The position numbers were made by a program, and so were the translations under genes. A DNA stretch of 61,094 nt, the filler included, from Sphacelaria rigidula (lineage: Eukaryota), in the NCBI GenBank assembly GCA_964200075.2. It is 10 parts of 10 records of this genome, joined end to end, with 100 filler letters (N's around TTAATTAATTAA, not from the genome) between each part and the next. Parts side by side here need not be neighbours in the genome. Positions count along the whole stretch, not along the records: positions 48,957 to 54,975 come from CAXNAA020022756.1; positions 55,076 to 61,094 come from CAXNAA020022757.1; 8 more parts are not named here. The stretch is one strand, 5' to 3'. The notes beneath the pieces were generated by a model that was given only the letters and a program-made list of their open reading frames with translations, did no database searches and was not told the origin of the DNA. This document shows positions 49,029 to 61,094 of the stretch, piece by piece (the stretch's first letter is position 1; every line of letters starts with the position of its first letter).

Positions 49029-51548
49029 GGGGGGGCGGGGGCGGGGGCATACCTCACGATACCACCGGAAATGGGACGGTGTCGCCACGCAGCATGACTG
49101 ATCGGCATAAATCGGATGCAGCATCTCGCGATACTCCCACAAGGTCTGGTTTCCCGTTGCTCACTCACCGACAGCCAGCTTCCAATGTCATGCACGACAG
49201 CCACATTGTGCTCCCCTTATCCAATAAAATCACATCAAACAAGAGCATGGAAACTATTGCAACCCCATCGCAGCCCCATTCACCCAACATCATATCAAAC
49301 AAGAGAAGGATTCATGGGAGTTGCGATTGATGCACGGGCCTGGGGATCATAATAAACGAGGGGGACAGAGGCACATGACCATTGACGCGGACCTGCCTCG
49401 CCGAAGCTCTTGGTATCATACCTGTGCGTTGACCACTCTCTCACACATCGTTCATCCGGTCCAAGTATATTTCCAGCACGTCCTCGCCCGTGTTTCCGTA
49501 CGCAGCATAGGACTCCTCCGATGACGTGCTGCTACGGCACTCACAGTCTTCATCCGAGGTCGCCTCTGCTTCGTCGCCGCTGTCACCCCCGGGATCCACT
49601 ACACATCACCAATTCCAACCCTTCGCTAAGCGGTACGTTTTGCGCGTCGATATCCGAATCGCACCGGCCGTTGCACCCACACAGTATGGAATAGCAATCC
49701 TTTCCAAGCTTCGCGCATATGCAGTTGCATTCGCACCCGTGTTTCTCGGCCACCAATAGGTTACACCCGCACAGAAGATGATTGATCCTCCCGTGGGGTC
49801 GATCCGCGCGTGTTCCGATAAGTTGACGACAACATTGACCTTCGTCATGGGCGTTGCGCGCTTTGAGAAGTCGTACTCCAACCGCGATTGTTGAACTCCA
49901 CGTGCGCCATGGACTCCTCCATACCCCCCATCCAACATTCCAACACAGCTCCAGTTCGCTGCGCTTGGAAGCGAAGCACATCCGCGGGCGGCGCGAGGTC
50001 TGTTGGCCTCCTGTCGTCCAATTTCCACCTCAAAAATCTCATCCAGTGGTTGTGGTTGTCCTTCGTCAGAGAGCTCATCTATCGGCCTGGGATCCCCACG
50101 GCGCGTGTCCATGATCACAGAGCTGCGAAAAACACGGAATAGTTATGAAGGCAGGCAGGGTTGCGCAATCGAGTGCGATTGTCAACATCACCCGTGTGCT
50201 ACCGATCCGCCGTTGACCGAATCACTCATATTTTTCGTTGATATCTCAGGGGCGGGGGGTGGAGTTTGAGGAGTGAGCGAGAGTTTTGCCCAGCGATGAA
50301 AGCTCACAGTCGGTGAACTGTTGCTAATAAGTACCTGTGCGATGGAGGACCATGATGCCAACACAACAAGTCATCGTAAGTGTTGGGAAAGCACTGGTTT
50401 TGGGCTGCAGCCTCATTTTGGCGCTTGACATCCTCCTGTATGCAGAGAGTCAGAGAGCTATGCTGTCTGCATGTCGCGTTGTCCGCTTCTTTTCCACATC
50501 GCGCCTGCGTGCTGTGCGAAACACCAACACTATCTAGACAGCACGGGCACCCTTCTACAGTCTGTACTGACTGCACTGTAGTGTCTATTGAATGTAAGTA
50601 AAGAAGTACCGCTTCACGAATTTCGCTTAGCCTCTTCGATTTAAAGCGTCCAACTTCGCTCGGACCCAAACGTAGCAAAACGAACTGAATTAATTCCGCC
50701 ACACGAACTCGTTCGAGTCGAAAATGTTCTGATAAGGGCGTGTCTTCGCACTTTATTTTTCCATCGGAAAAGTTCGGTTGATTTTTTTTTGCCGGTCTCA
50801 TAAGTCCACCGCATTTATGTTTCCTTGAAGGCTTCCACTCAAAACTATAATCAACGGCGCGTGGAGAAGAATGCAACGAGGTAAAAAGCAATCGTTTTCG
50901 ATCGAAAACATGAGGTCGAAAGGCACGAAGCAGCACTTGACTCCAATCTTACAGGCCAGTACGCCGAGTAACACCTGTTCACAGGACCATGTAAACTCCA
51001 TCCAACTCATTCTCAGCTACCACCGCAACCCTGCAGCATGGAGTACGAGTTGAGCACAGGGAGAGATACACTGCAGTAGCTGGGTATGCGTTGTTCATTT
51101 TTTGTTGGCGAAAACTTGCACACTTTCCTTCATGTCAGGCATCAGCGACGGAACTGCGTGGTACGGTGGGCAATCGAGTTGCGTGCACGCTCATGGACAA
51201 AGCGGGCAGTACAAAGCTGCACGCTGCTGAAGTCCTCTTCACGTCAAATTGTAAGCAGAGAAAACTGATGGTTCTGGGCTGTCTGCACTGCGCGTTGCCC
51301 GCTTCTCCTCTATGTCCTCCTAAACGAAACAAGCACATACGTACTCAGGACACCCTGCTTGCAAGCAGGGCAGACCGTATAGACTGTCTGTACTGTACAC
51401 GAGTGACCAGGCGCCGTTTCACGAATTTCATTGTCTTTTTTGGATCGGAAGCGAAAATCCATCTGGACCCAACTGCATCAAAACGATAAAACTTGCTCAG
51501 ATCGATTTCACCGCCCCATTTTTTCGATCAAAAAGAAAAAAGTGCTGA

Positions 51549-52015
51549 GGCCGGATGTTATGGCACACAGATTATTGGCCCACGGATTCTTCACGTTTTG
51601 AACGTTTGAGCCGCTTTTTTACCCCCAAACGGGAAGTGCCAACACACGTCTTGGACACTTTGCATCACCCCACAGAGAGGAACCTAGCCCACTTTTCAGA
51701 TTCGCTTGATTCCGAGGTTTCGAGATTGGCCGCTGAACAAAAATCTGTGCTTGCCGACCCCCGCCAGTTTGCCCAATAATCTGTAGAGATCGCCGCAGAT
51801 TTTATTGCACACGGATTATTGTTCAGCGACCCAGCCTGGAAACCTTGCAGCCAAGCAAATCTGAAGAGTGGTCTAGGCTCCTCTCTGTGGGGGTGATGCG
51901 AAGTGTCGAAGACGTGTGTTGGCGATTTTCCCAGTTTGGGGGTCAAAAAGTAGCTCAAACGTTCAAAAAGTGAACAACCCGTGAGCCAATATTCTGTGAC
52001 CCATAACATCCTGCC
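51549..52015. mobile_element. Second copy of PIF/Harbinger foldback MITE (467 bp)
   Basis: Colinear with 41367-41832; flanked by TGA and TAA. Confidence 0.88.
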
Positions 52016-53153
52016 TAAGACAGACCCTAAGACAGACCGCACGGCACGGGCGCTGCCAATGATATGGGCGGATCGGGGTGCAACGCGTCTTGCAGCCGGA
52101 TACCGACGGTGTCGGCGTGCATGGTCACCCTCCCTGTGGGTCAATCAACGTGCCCTAAAGGTGTCCATGTCCAGTACAGTGTACAGCGCTATAGCCAACA
52201 CCACGCTGCGTAACCCTTTCGTGTATACTGACACTCGAAGACATTGTTTTACGGTACAGTAAGTACAGAAGCGTGCAGCTGTGCATGACGGTGTTTATAT
52301 AGGAATTTAGGAAGAAACCTGTACAGTTGTCCAACTTCACGCGGTCCAACTTGATCACCAGGGGTGCCTGCGGATCATCGTGTCGTGCATCTTGCGCGCC
52401 AAACCATTCGACGCAGTTCTTTGTCTCATGGAATCTATATATCATGGACAACACCGTCTCCGTGCTGCAGACCCTGATGAGCCTGCGTGGACGCCACGCA
52501 TCGACTACCAGTGTCTTCCCTACGGATGCTCAGCAACAGTATCGTCACCACCCAACGCGGTAATTTGTCACTTAAACGTCACCTTCCTCGCCATAAACCA
52601 GCACCGACGCTCCTGCTTTCTTCCAAACTTCGCAGTGGTGTCGCGTGTCGGACCGGCGGTCCTTGGTGTGGAGCTCCCCAGTCGTGTAAAGTATCCCTAC
52701 TTTGCGGCTGGTTTCACCTGAAGTCTTATACAATGGCCCTTGTATGCAGGCTTTTACCTTTTTGTAATTTATTTTTTTTCGGCGTAAGACTGATGGAGAT
52801 TGGGTGAAACCTGGGCTTGGAATTCGTAATTTCGATCTCGGAACAATTTGACGGGCGCTGATTGGTCGATATACATTTTCGCCCTCAGCGCTACCACCAT
52901 GGCCTTACACGTAAACCCGGCTATGTCACGCTTTACATCTGTCCATGGGGGTCAGTATGATATCATGTATGCGACTATTGGGTAGGTATTGCGAAAGGTA
53001 TTAGCTGATGACACAATTTGGGGTGATATGCGTGAACCAGCCTGTACAGATTCGTAACGTACGTCCAGCACCACCTTTGCCCAACTCTCCTAGGGTGATG
53101 GCATTGCAGCCGCGGGCTTGTTTGCGAGTATTTCAGACAGTCCCTCGTGCAAT

Positions 53154-53230
53154 GGGGGGGGGCGTACTCATTTGTTGCTTGCCTTAGTCATTTGACCATT
53201 GACCACGCATCCCTTTCGAGACGGAGCTCC
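53154..53230 (-). mobile_element. Poly(C)-tailed retroelement short copy with 12-bp TSD
   Basis: TGCAATGGGGGG is duplicated at 53148-53159 and 53231-53242. Confidence 0.88.
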
Positions 53231-55649
53231 TGCAATGGGGGGCAGATGAAAGCGATGGCGGACCAAATCTCGCAGTTTCTTTCCCTGCATTCTCCGTAGA
53301 CGACTCTCAGTGGTTCACTGTCGACGCTTCGTCCCGCAACGCATCGCCCGAGTAACACACAGGCAAGCAATGACGTCTGGCCAGCGGTGTTGGGATCGAT
53401 ACCGTTCATCATCTCCCTTGCGCCGCCGCATTCGTCGCAGTGCAAGTACCTATCGTCGGCAGACCGCTGTACCACTGACTATATGCAAACTGCTGATCAC
53501 ACCCTGTGCACGCAATACAGCACCGCACTAATACCTCGACTGCAAGGTGTTCAACTCTGTAAGACATGGTTACAAATATCCTGCGGGACACGGCTAAAAA
53601 TTTGTACCCAAACGAAGCCCTCTGCTGGAAGGGTCAATGGTCCAAACTGCTGTCCGTCTCATGCCTAAATGCACCGGGGATGTACCGACGCCCAAATTTC
53701 GACACGATGTGCATGAGGTATGTTGTGAATTCCCTATTGTCCCCCCTTGACATTTTTTTTTCCCATCAGTTGTCGACGCTCTTGTACCAGGAAAAATTGT
53801 TCCAAAATTTAGATCACCAATAACTCGCGAAGAAAAAAGAAAGAGGGGCAAACGATAGGGGCTAGACATGTACCACAAGTATATCGTGTCTGAGTTTCAT
53901 GGAAGACGACTTGAAATTGACAAACGAAATCGCGTTTTTTTGTCGGGAACTGGTTCACTTGCTTTAAGATTACAACAACCTCAGCCGGAACATTGACGTT
54001 TTCTACAAGCCTGACGCCTTGGGGCGCTGGAGGTCTCGTCTACGTGCCATCTCAGACCCTGCACGCGTTCAGTACGACATGCGTTGTTGTACAACCGTAA
54101 GTTGTGCAGCACCATCACTGTGCGGCCGCGGTACAACCGACCGTGGCCGTAAGCACGATTTCAGCCGTTGTTTTACCCTGATTCCGCCGCACGTGCCACC
54201 CTTAACTCTCTACACTTCGCAGCTGACTACAGTTTGGTATTTCGTTTGATGAGAACTTGTCAGATAGCAATGCTACGTAAAGAGAAAGACGCGCGTCGAT
54301 TTCCAGATTTCCACGATGTGTTATAGTAGGCACAACTCGCGATAGACCGTCAGTTAGAACCGGCTGAAGGAAAGTCCGCTTCTTAGGCGGCCCAGCCTGG
54401 AGTGCACCTACTATTTTAGTGGTGGGCGCTCTTGTTTTGACGGTAGATGTGAGGTACACTCTGTACAACCAACCGGTTTAAAATTGTTATGATATCGCTA
54501 TGACTAAGATGGGTGATAACCTTCACTTGCCTCCGGGCAGCCGTACTTACTGTATGCATACCTAATTCTCGATGTGATGTCGCAGAGTGCACAGGAGGAA
54601 AAAAACGGATTGTGTCGCTCAGGCGTTGCTGAAATAGTGGTGGCGGGCATATTAAGTTTTTCTCTGAGCTTGAGTGGAATACCGGAATGGTTAAACCCGA
54701 AAGTGTGCACGAAAGAAGCGAGTGTCCGTCAGATCGCTACAAAATGCTCTGGCTCTGCGATCGTGTTCGCATCTTGACTCGGCGTCTGTGGGGTGCTTAA
54801 GAAACCTTCAACTTACTCAAGCTAACTGCACTGTACTGTTGATACTATATAGTACTCACTATCGCCATTATCCATGATATCTAGGAGGTGCCCCCCCCCC
54901 CCCCACACCACCCGAAGACCCAGTACCCAACAGAACACGGACGTCGAACCAGTGCACGAACACAACCACAACAAANNNNNNNNNNNNNNNNNNNNNNNNN
55001 NNNNNNNNNNNNNNNNNNNTTAATTAATTAANNNNNNNNNNNNNNNNNNNNNNNNNNNNNNNNNNNNNNNNNNNNCTTGTGCGCGGAGAAGGGATAAAGA
55101 AGATTCATCGGGGGCATATGTCCCAAACGTGAGTACCGCACCTAATGGGGTGGTACCGCGTGGATTACTTGATTTGCAAGGTGTTTTTAGTTCCCGGGAC
55201 TTCAGTACAGTATTCGCGTAGTGATGGGTTTTGATTTCGTGGGCGGAGCCAGATTTTACATGACAATCATAGGGATGAAACGTGATGGTGGCGGTAAGTG
55301 TGTCTGCAGGTGGTTGCTGATCAGTGTGTCCCAGACGGATATGGTGACATGAATTGTGGCGCTGTAGTAACGGTAGGGTGAGCTGTCAGAGGATTTGAGC
55401 TGAAGCGACTGTTTGACTGAAACTGCTGGGTATGTTTTCGCCATCTCGGCGGGACAAAGTACCTCGAGGGGATGGTTGGTGCATTCCATCCTGCGGTTGT
55501 TTGTGACAAAATATCTGGGCCAACACGTAAAATTAGACGGAGTTGTACGACAATGTATGATGATGAAAAGAATGCGCGCAAGAACCTCACGTGTGTTGTG
55601 AGACATGAAACACTGTCAGGCTGATTACGGTAGGTGGATGGCCTTGGCC

Positions 55650-56143
55650 GGCGTTGAGACCTTTTTACATGGATATACCGATCTCAACGTCAGTGAATTG
55701 CACGTTCTATCATCCCTGAAAGTTTTGGTTGAAATTCCACTAACTTGGTTGGTAGAAGGTAGGTATCTTGATTGCATAAGGAGTATTGCACAATCCGCCC
55801 TCCCTTGGAGTGTAGTTGAATTTCCCGAACTTTGCAGGTCGACGATGAAGTGTGCTTGTTGTCATATCGGGTGGATGACTCGATCACATCATGATCTCTC
55901 GGTATGAGATCGGCGTTGAGGCCCTTTTCTACAGGGATGTACCGATCTCGACGCCAGGTATTACACTATACGCTTTCAGCTTCGAGTACAGGTAAATGTT
56001 CTTTAACTTGCTGGGTAGAAAGGTAGGTATCTTGATTGCATTGAGTATTGTACGATTCGCCCTCCCTAGGGGTGTAGGGTTGATGTCCCAGACTTGATAC
56101 GATTGATGGTGAAGTGTATTTTTATTACTTGTTTATCTGCGGA
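55650..56143. repeat. Diverged tandem duplication, period ~260 bp
   Basis: GGCGTTGAG..CCTTTT..TACCGATCTC and GGTAGAAGGTAGGTATCTTGATTGCAT blocks recur at 55650/55912 and 55751/56014. Confidence 0.8.
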
Positions 56144-57608
56144 TAAATACATAAATTTTTGGCGCTGGGGACATGTTCACATGAAGAGCCGACCCAGTCC
56201 TATGTATTCCATTTTTTCCGTCACCTGTGGGGTGTGGGCTCGGGGCACTATTCCCAACCAGCACAGTGTCGACAGAGTTATGAAGATAATCTAAACAGGT
56301 GCAGTAGGGTAGGACGCTATACCACTGGCTTGATTGTACAGACGATATCGGCATCTAGTCATCTCAGTGACGTGCAGAAGTACACATGTGAGTTATGACG
56401 ACCAGTTGAATCCCAAAACATATACTCCGTAGAGTCAATCTTGGTTTGATGCTACTGCTTGGTCCCTAATTTTCACAGAGTAGAGAGGGGCACTTCTCCT
56501 CGTGAATTTGCTTGGACCGCCCCTTGATCTCGATTCCCAACAGGAGGTGGAAACACGAGAGGTGTCAAAGTGCGTTTGGTCACGACTTGTGGCATTGACG
56601 GCTACATTAACTGGGGGGGGCTGTTTGAAAAAGGAACAGTAATAACCGGTGCCCTGTGGGGTACAGACTGAGCACAAATCACGTATTCCGTATGTGGGAG
56701 GTACGAACAAAAGACATCTCACGCATGACATGAAAAATAAGAAATGCTATCTTGAACCCGTTTTGGATGTAGTTTTGAGGCTGTGAGCTGGCAGAACTAG
56801 CACCATGAAGAGAAGAAATGCTCACTTTCCCCCCCGCGTGATTGGTGGTCAAGATTGATGTATTGATTGCACTGAGATCATGTACGGTGGGAGCATGCTG
56901 GCACACGGCATGCCAAAACAAGAGTGTAAAGCGCAAATTGTTCTTGGTTGACCGGAGTTGTAACCTGACTGTGCGCGGGCATGTTGACACATCATAGATA
57001 AACAAGTGTGTGACTAGAAGCAAAGATGCGAAAAAAACAGGTGACTGTTGAGATGTGAATCTTTGTGGAAAGATTTTTTTCCGTTCGACTATAACGGTTG
57101 GTGGAGTAGATATCACTATATTGATGAGATGTGGTGACTGATGCAATTCTGAATATTTCCCCAAATTTTTCACTGTGTCGCGTCGAGCCTCAATTCCCGG
57201 TGAGGCTCGGTATTTGAAATTCCTGCGATAGGTGGCAGGCTAATGTTGAGTGGACGCGGACCGGCAACGAGCACAACACCTGCCGCGTGGATCCCTTGAT
57301 GAACCTCAATGGAGAGACGGAACAACGCTCCACGATGCCCACGTCCCCCACCAGTGCCGTAGCCCGGAACGAGGGAGGCAAGAGAGTCACACAGACCGTT
57401 TGAAAGCAAAAAATGAGGGGGGGAGGCAGGATGTGAAGTCATGTTGTGCTTTCCATTGCGCGTGTTGAACACAGTCGAACACAGCTTCGCTCTGCCGGTT
57501 CGCTGTTCGCTAAGTAGAATTTTGGTTGATTGACAGTATGTGTCGGGAAATATTGCTACGCCGGATTGCGATGTAAGAATTGCATAGTCTTCGAAATACA
57601 TTTATTGT

Positions 57609-57805
57609 TTTTCTGTTTGGAAGATTGATGTCTCGAAGATTTGAAAATAGAACATGTGCACCTGATGATGCGCACGCTATACTTCGAGAGATGAGCGTGA
57701 GGGTTTCTCTCTTTTCCTGTTTGGAAGATTGATATCTCGGAGTTTGAAAAATTGGGCATGTGCACGTGATGATGCGCACGCTGTACCGCAAGATGAGCGT
57801 GAGAG
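57609..57805. repeat. Diverged tandem duplication, period ~104 bp
   Basis: CTGTTTGGAAGATTGAT...TGATGATGCGCACGCT...AGATGAGCGTGAG occurs twice. Confidence 0.85.
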
Positions 57806-58024
57806 TCTTGATTTTGTACTGCGCTGCAGAGTTGGATGCATGTTTGAGCCGATACTCGGTGTGTACTGTCTTGCTTGCACCATGGAAAAGCGCAAAACGC
57901 GAGTGTTTGCTTGCAAATTTCCAAGTACGGGCATTAGTATTATTCTAGTTCCGAGAGAGCTTGGTTTTGGATCTTGGTAAGGTGATTGGGATGTGTTGAG
58001 GTGAACAGCCTTTTCAGTGTAGTC

Positions 58025-59312
58025 TGTGGCGAAATTAAACCGTCACAATATCGATGTTAGTGCTAGTGCTGGCGTGCTAGCGGATGCTATCGTTTGACAC
58101 TGCTAAACATTTTAGCAGGAAGAGTCTGGAGAACTGTGATTAGCTTCGGGGCACAGGGCTTCACGGACGCGTGAGGAGGCTTCAAGCTGAGGCAGCTGCA
58201 AAGGCAGCTGGCCCGTGATTGATCCAGACTGGAGACTTGCTGGAGCTGCGCACAGTGGGTATTTATACGACCCCAGGGCTGTGTTGGAGCGGCGAAGTAA
58301 GCAGGTGAACTGAAGTTTGAGAAGGTTTTGAGAAATCTTCGATTTTCGGCTCGAGAATGTCGAATACTGAGATACCGACGATAGAGCCAGCGGAAATAAC
58401 CGTAACCCCAGTCGTTCTAAGGGAAGAGTTGCGGCCGCCCAGTTACGGGAGTTTGTATTCTGAGGGTGCCTCTAGATCGTTTTACACGAAATACATGGAA
58501 TACAAACGGAGGGTGGAGCATGCGAATGCAGGGGGTGCGGTGAGGCATCAGGTGGTTTCGATGGCGCAATTAGTAGCAACACCCTTACAGCGCGTCTTCG
58601 CGAGGCGGTTCCATGAAAAGCATACCATAATACCGCTGCAGTTGGCCACAGCGATGAAGAAGCACACAGGGCATACGGCAGGCGCGGAGGTAGAGCTTAC
58701 TCAGGCGTCCGCGGCAGTGGCAAAGGCTGTCGCAATGAACCACAAGGGGAGGACTATGCGTGAGAAGGTGGAGCCCATAATGGGTAAGTTGGAAACGTAT
58801 TTTGCGGAAAATCCCAACGTAGAGATGATTTATCGTTCGTCCGATGGGAAATTTCGCCCAAGGCCCGCTGCGGTGGTTACTAAAGCGATGGTGGAGGGTC
58901 TGGCCCCGGCGGAATTTAAGAAGGCCGTGCTTGTACAGTTACAGCACAAGAAAAATTGGAAGTCGGACCCGTATTTAGTCATGGATACGGTGGTGGCCGA
59001 AGCTCAGGCATGGCGGCGGGTCGAAGTGTTCGGAAAATCATCCACTTCATCGCCGCAGTCTTCGAGCTCGCGTAACCGCGGACCAAAATCCGCAGGCAGT
59101 GCCGCCTCCAATTTTACTTGTTTTCAGTGTGGCCAGGTCGGTCACATCGCACGAAAATGCCAAACGCCCTCTGAGGGGGAGTCTGGGAAAACGAGTGCCG
59201 CGCGCCCTCACAAAGGGAAAATACGAGGTAGTCGCGGTGGCGGCGGTGGCGGATCCTCCAGCGGTGGAGGTGCACAGTCGACTTCCTAGCAGCAGCAGCA
59301 GCAGCAACAGCA

Positions 59313-59343
<31 letters not shown>

Positions 59344-61024
59344 GGGCGGCGGCGTCAGCAAGGGTCCGGTTCTGGGTTCGGTTCAGCCGTAGGGGCTGCT
59401 GCTCCGCAATGGGCGGTGCAGGTGGGACCGACCTCTCTGGTGTCGGGATCGGTGCCGGCGCCGTCGGCAGCAGAGCAAGGCGAGACGCCGGCTGCGGAGC
59501 CGGCCGGTTTTCAGCGTAAATTTAAATCCGCTGCTGCGCCGGCCGGGGTACCGTGCAATTTGGTTCTGCGGGCGGGGCTTCGTACCCGCCGGCGGTGCCG
59601 GTGACCCCAGCAGGGGCGTCTATGCCTGCGCCGCGCGCGCAGCCGTCGCGTCAAGTGGGGATTACGACCCATCCGTCAGCAGAGCAGGTGCCGGTTGCGG
59701 ACCAAGACAATAATGTCCCTGCTGAGTTATATTTTCCCGATCAACGGGCGCGGGGAGCTATATCGGTCAAAGCGGTGTGGGATTCAGGCGCTCACTTCAC
59801 GAGCGTGTCGGTGCTAATCGTGGAGATGCTGGAGCGTCTACTCCCCGGTGAGCAAATCCGAATTCCGTTCTCGCTCGGGGCGCGGTAGGCCATCACCGCA
59901 TCTGGGCAACGTATAAATGTGACTGAGCGTACGATTCCCCTACAGTTGGCGTTCCTGACTACCTGGGGGCCAGCAAAATTACCTCCAATATCGTTTGCGA
60001 TCATGCCGGGGACGGATGGTGTAGTTCTGTTGGGCCTACCGACGCTTCGGGGACTCGGAGTCGATCCGCATGATCGGTTGCTGGGGTCCCTAAAAACGAA
60101 AATGCCGGCGCCCGGTTCGAGTGTCGAGACGCCTGCTTTTTTGGCTAGTCGTAGAGTAAGCTTGTCGGTTGATGCTCTCCAGGAGGCGGGGGGGCAGGTG
60201 TCCGAGGAGCGTGATCAGGCGGTGGAAAACTTGGTGGAGCGCGGCCCCGATATGTTTATGGAGCCGGAGGAAGAAGAGTCCGCGCGAAAGGCTGCGCTTG
60301 AGGAAAGCGTGACGGATGCGGTGGAAAATGGCCTCGGAGTCTGAAAAGCGAAGCGCTCGCGTGGCATACTGTATAGCCTCGTTAACGCGTTTCGTTGTGC
60401 CCTGAGGGGTGATCCCCCTGCGCGCGTGGAACCCATGAGGGTTACACTGAAGCCAGGGGCGGCCGTGGTGAAGGCAAAACCGAGGAGGTATGATCCAGTA
60501 AAGTCCAGTTGGCTAGCTTCTTGCATGGGAGCTCTTGTGGCGTTCGCGTTGGTGTTCAGGAATCTACAGGCGGTGTGGTCCATTCCAGCGATGGCGGTGC
60601 CGAAGAAGGACTCTCTCTGTCTTGTTAGCGATTACGGAGCCGTCAATGATCAGGTGGAGAAGTCGCCGGGTGTTATGCCCAATCAGGAATCCGACATGAT
60701 AGACCTGTTGAGTGCGCGATGTTTCGGTAAGTTGGACCTCCTACAGGGGTACTGGCAAATGCCGTTGGCCGAAGAGACGCAAGAGATATTCACAATCACG
60801 ACTCCGTTCGGCATGTTTACCCCGCGAAGAGTACCGCAAGGCGTGTTGAATGCTACTTCCTATTTTCAAGGTGTCATGGTGGACCTTTTAGATGGCTTGA
60901 AATGCAAGATTTGGGTGGATGATATATTTTTCTTCGCGGATACGGAAGACGAACTGTTGGATACGCTTGATGCAATCTTGGCTCGCTTAGAGAGTGTTGG
61001 TCTGTTTGCAGCTGCCTACAAGTA
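58025..61024 (+). mobile_element. Ty3/gypsy element (sister of 32373-36618): gag-protease-RT, truncated after RT core
   Basis: Colinear with the 33-kb copy from CGTCACAATATCG onward. Protease VWDSGAH; RT KLDLLQGYWQ, RVPQGVLNA, IWVDDI. In-frame stops at 59287, ~59389, ~59886 and ~60342. Confidence 0.95.
58357..59289 (+). CDS. gag: Gypsy Gag (310 aa open segment) with CCHC zinc knuckle
   Basis: CFQCGQVGHIARKC. The TAG end corresponds to CAA in the sister copy, so it is a mutation within a gag-pol ORF. Confidence 0.8.
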   Translation: MSNTEIPTIEPAEITVTPVVLREELRPPSYGSLYSEGASRSFYTKYMEYKRRVEHANAGGAVRHQVVSMAQLVATPLQRVFARRFHEKHTIIPLQLATAMKKHTGHTAGAEVELTQASAAVAKAVAMNHKGRTMREKVEPIMGKLETYFAENPNVEMIYRSSDGKFRPRPAAVVTKAMVEGLAPAEFKKAVLVQLQHKKNWKSDPYLVMDTVVAEAQAWRRVEVFGKSSTSSPQSSSSRNRGPKSAGSAASNFTCFQCGQVGHIARKCQTPSEGESGKTSAARPHKGKIRGSRGGGGGGSSSGGGAQSTS

Positions 61025-61025
61025 A
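60426..61025 (+). pseudogene. pol: Gypsy reverse transcriptase segment
   Basis: DYGAVN, KLDLLQGYWQ, PQGVLNA and WVDD motifs. Confidence 0.9.
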
Positions 61026-61094
61026 CAGTGTTTTCGTGAGATTGAGAGTAGATGATACGATTGGGAGTGAAAAGCGGTCAATCAGTGAATTAAT

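Noticed and set aside
59287..59343. Programmed amber readthrough between gag and pol (TAG CAG CAG...)
   Set aside because: The sister copy has CAA at this position and the related 38-kb element reads through polyQ into protease; the TAG is a point mutation.
1..61094. Most 60-200 aa ORFs in the six-frame track
   Set aside because: They are shadow or antisense frames of GC-rich TEs, microsatellite translations or ORFs running into N linkers, with no motif or splice support.

Overview
This is eukaryotic, repeat-rich nuclear DNA, most likely from a brown alga or related stramenopile. That assignment is inferred from about 50% GC, short exons in long TE-filled introns, a bipartite plastid presequence and the retroelement types. 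The window is not contiguous. It holds ten size-sorted contigs of 6020/6019 bp joined by 100-nt N-linkers carrying TTAATTAATTAA, so no linkage across linkers can be assumed. Mobile content: four decayed Ty3/gypsy elements (two lack the RT core; one has a WVDD RT), a copia 5' half, a possible tyrosine-recombinase (DIRS/Ngaro-like) relic, two tRNA-derived SINE families, LINE fragments and several MITEs with clear TIRs/TSDs. Host genes appear only as exons: a tocopherol cyclase-like gene head-to-head with an unknown gene, a DnaJ C-terminal-domain gene and an MSS51/ZMYND15-like gene. The most unusual signals are a poly(C)-tailed, C-tract-targeting non-LTR retroelement seen as ~70-nt structured mini-copies, gypsy elements without a tRNA primer site (one with an apparent 23-bp LTR), and a possible thylakoid-lumen signal on the tocopherol cyclase-like protein. 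All protein calls come from motifs recognised by eye, not from database searches.
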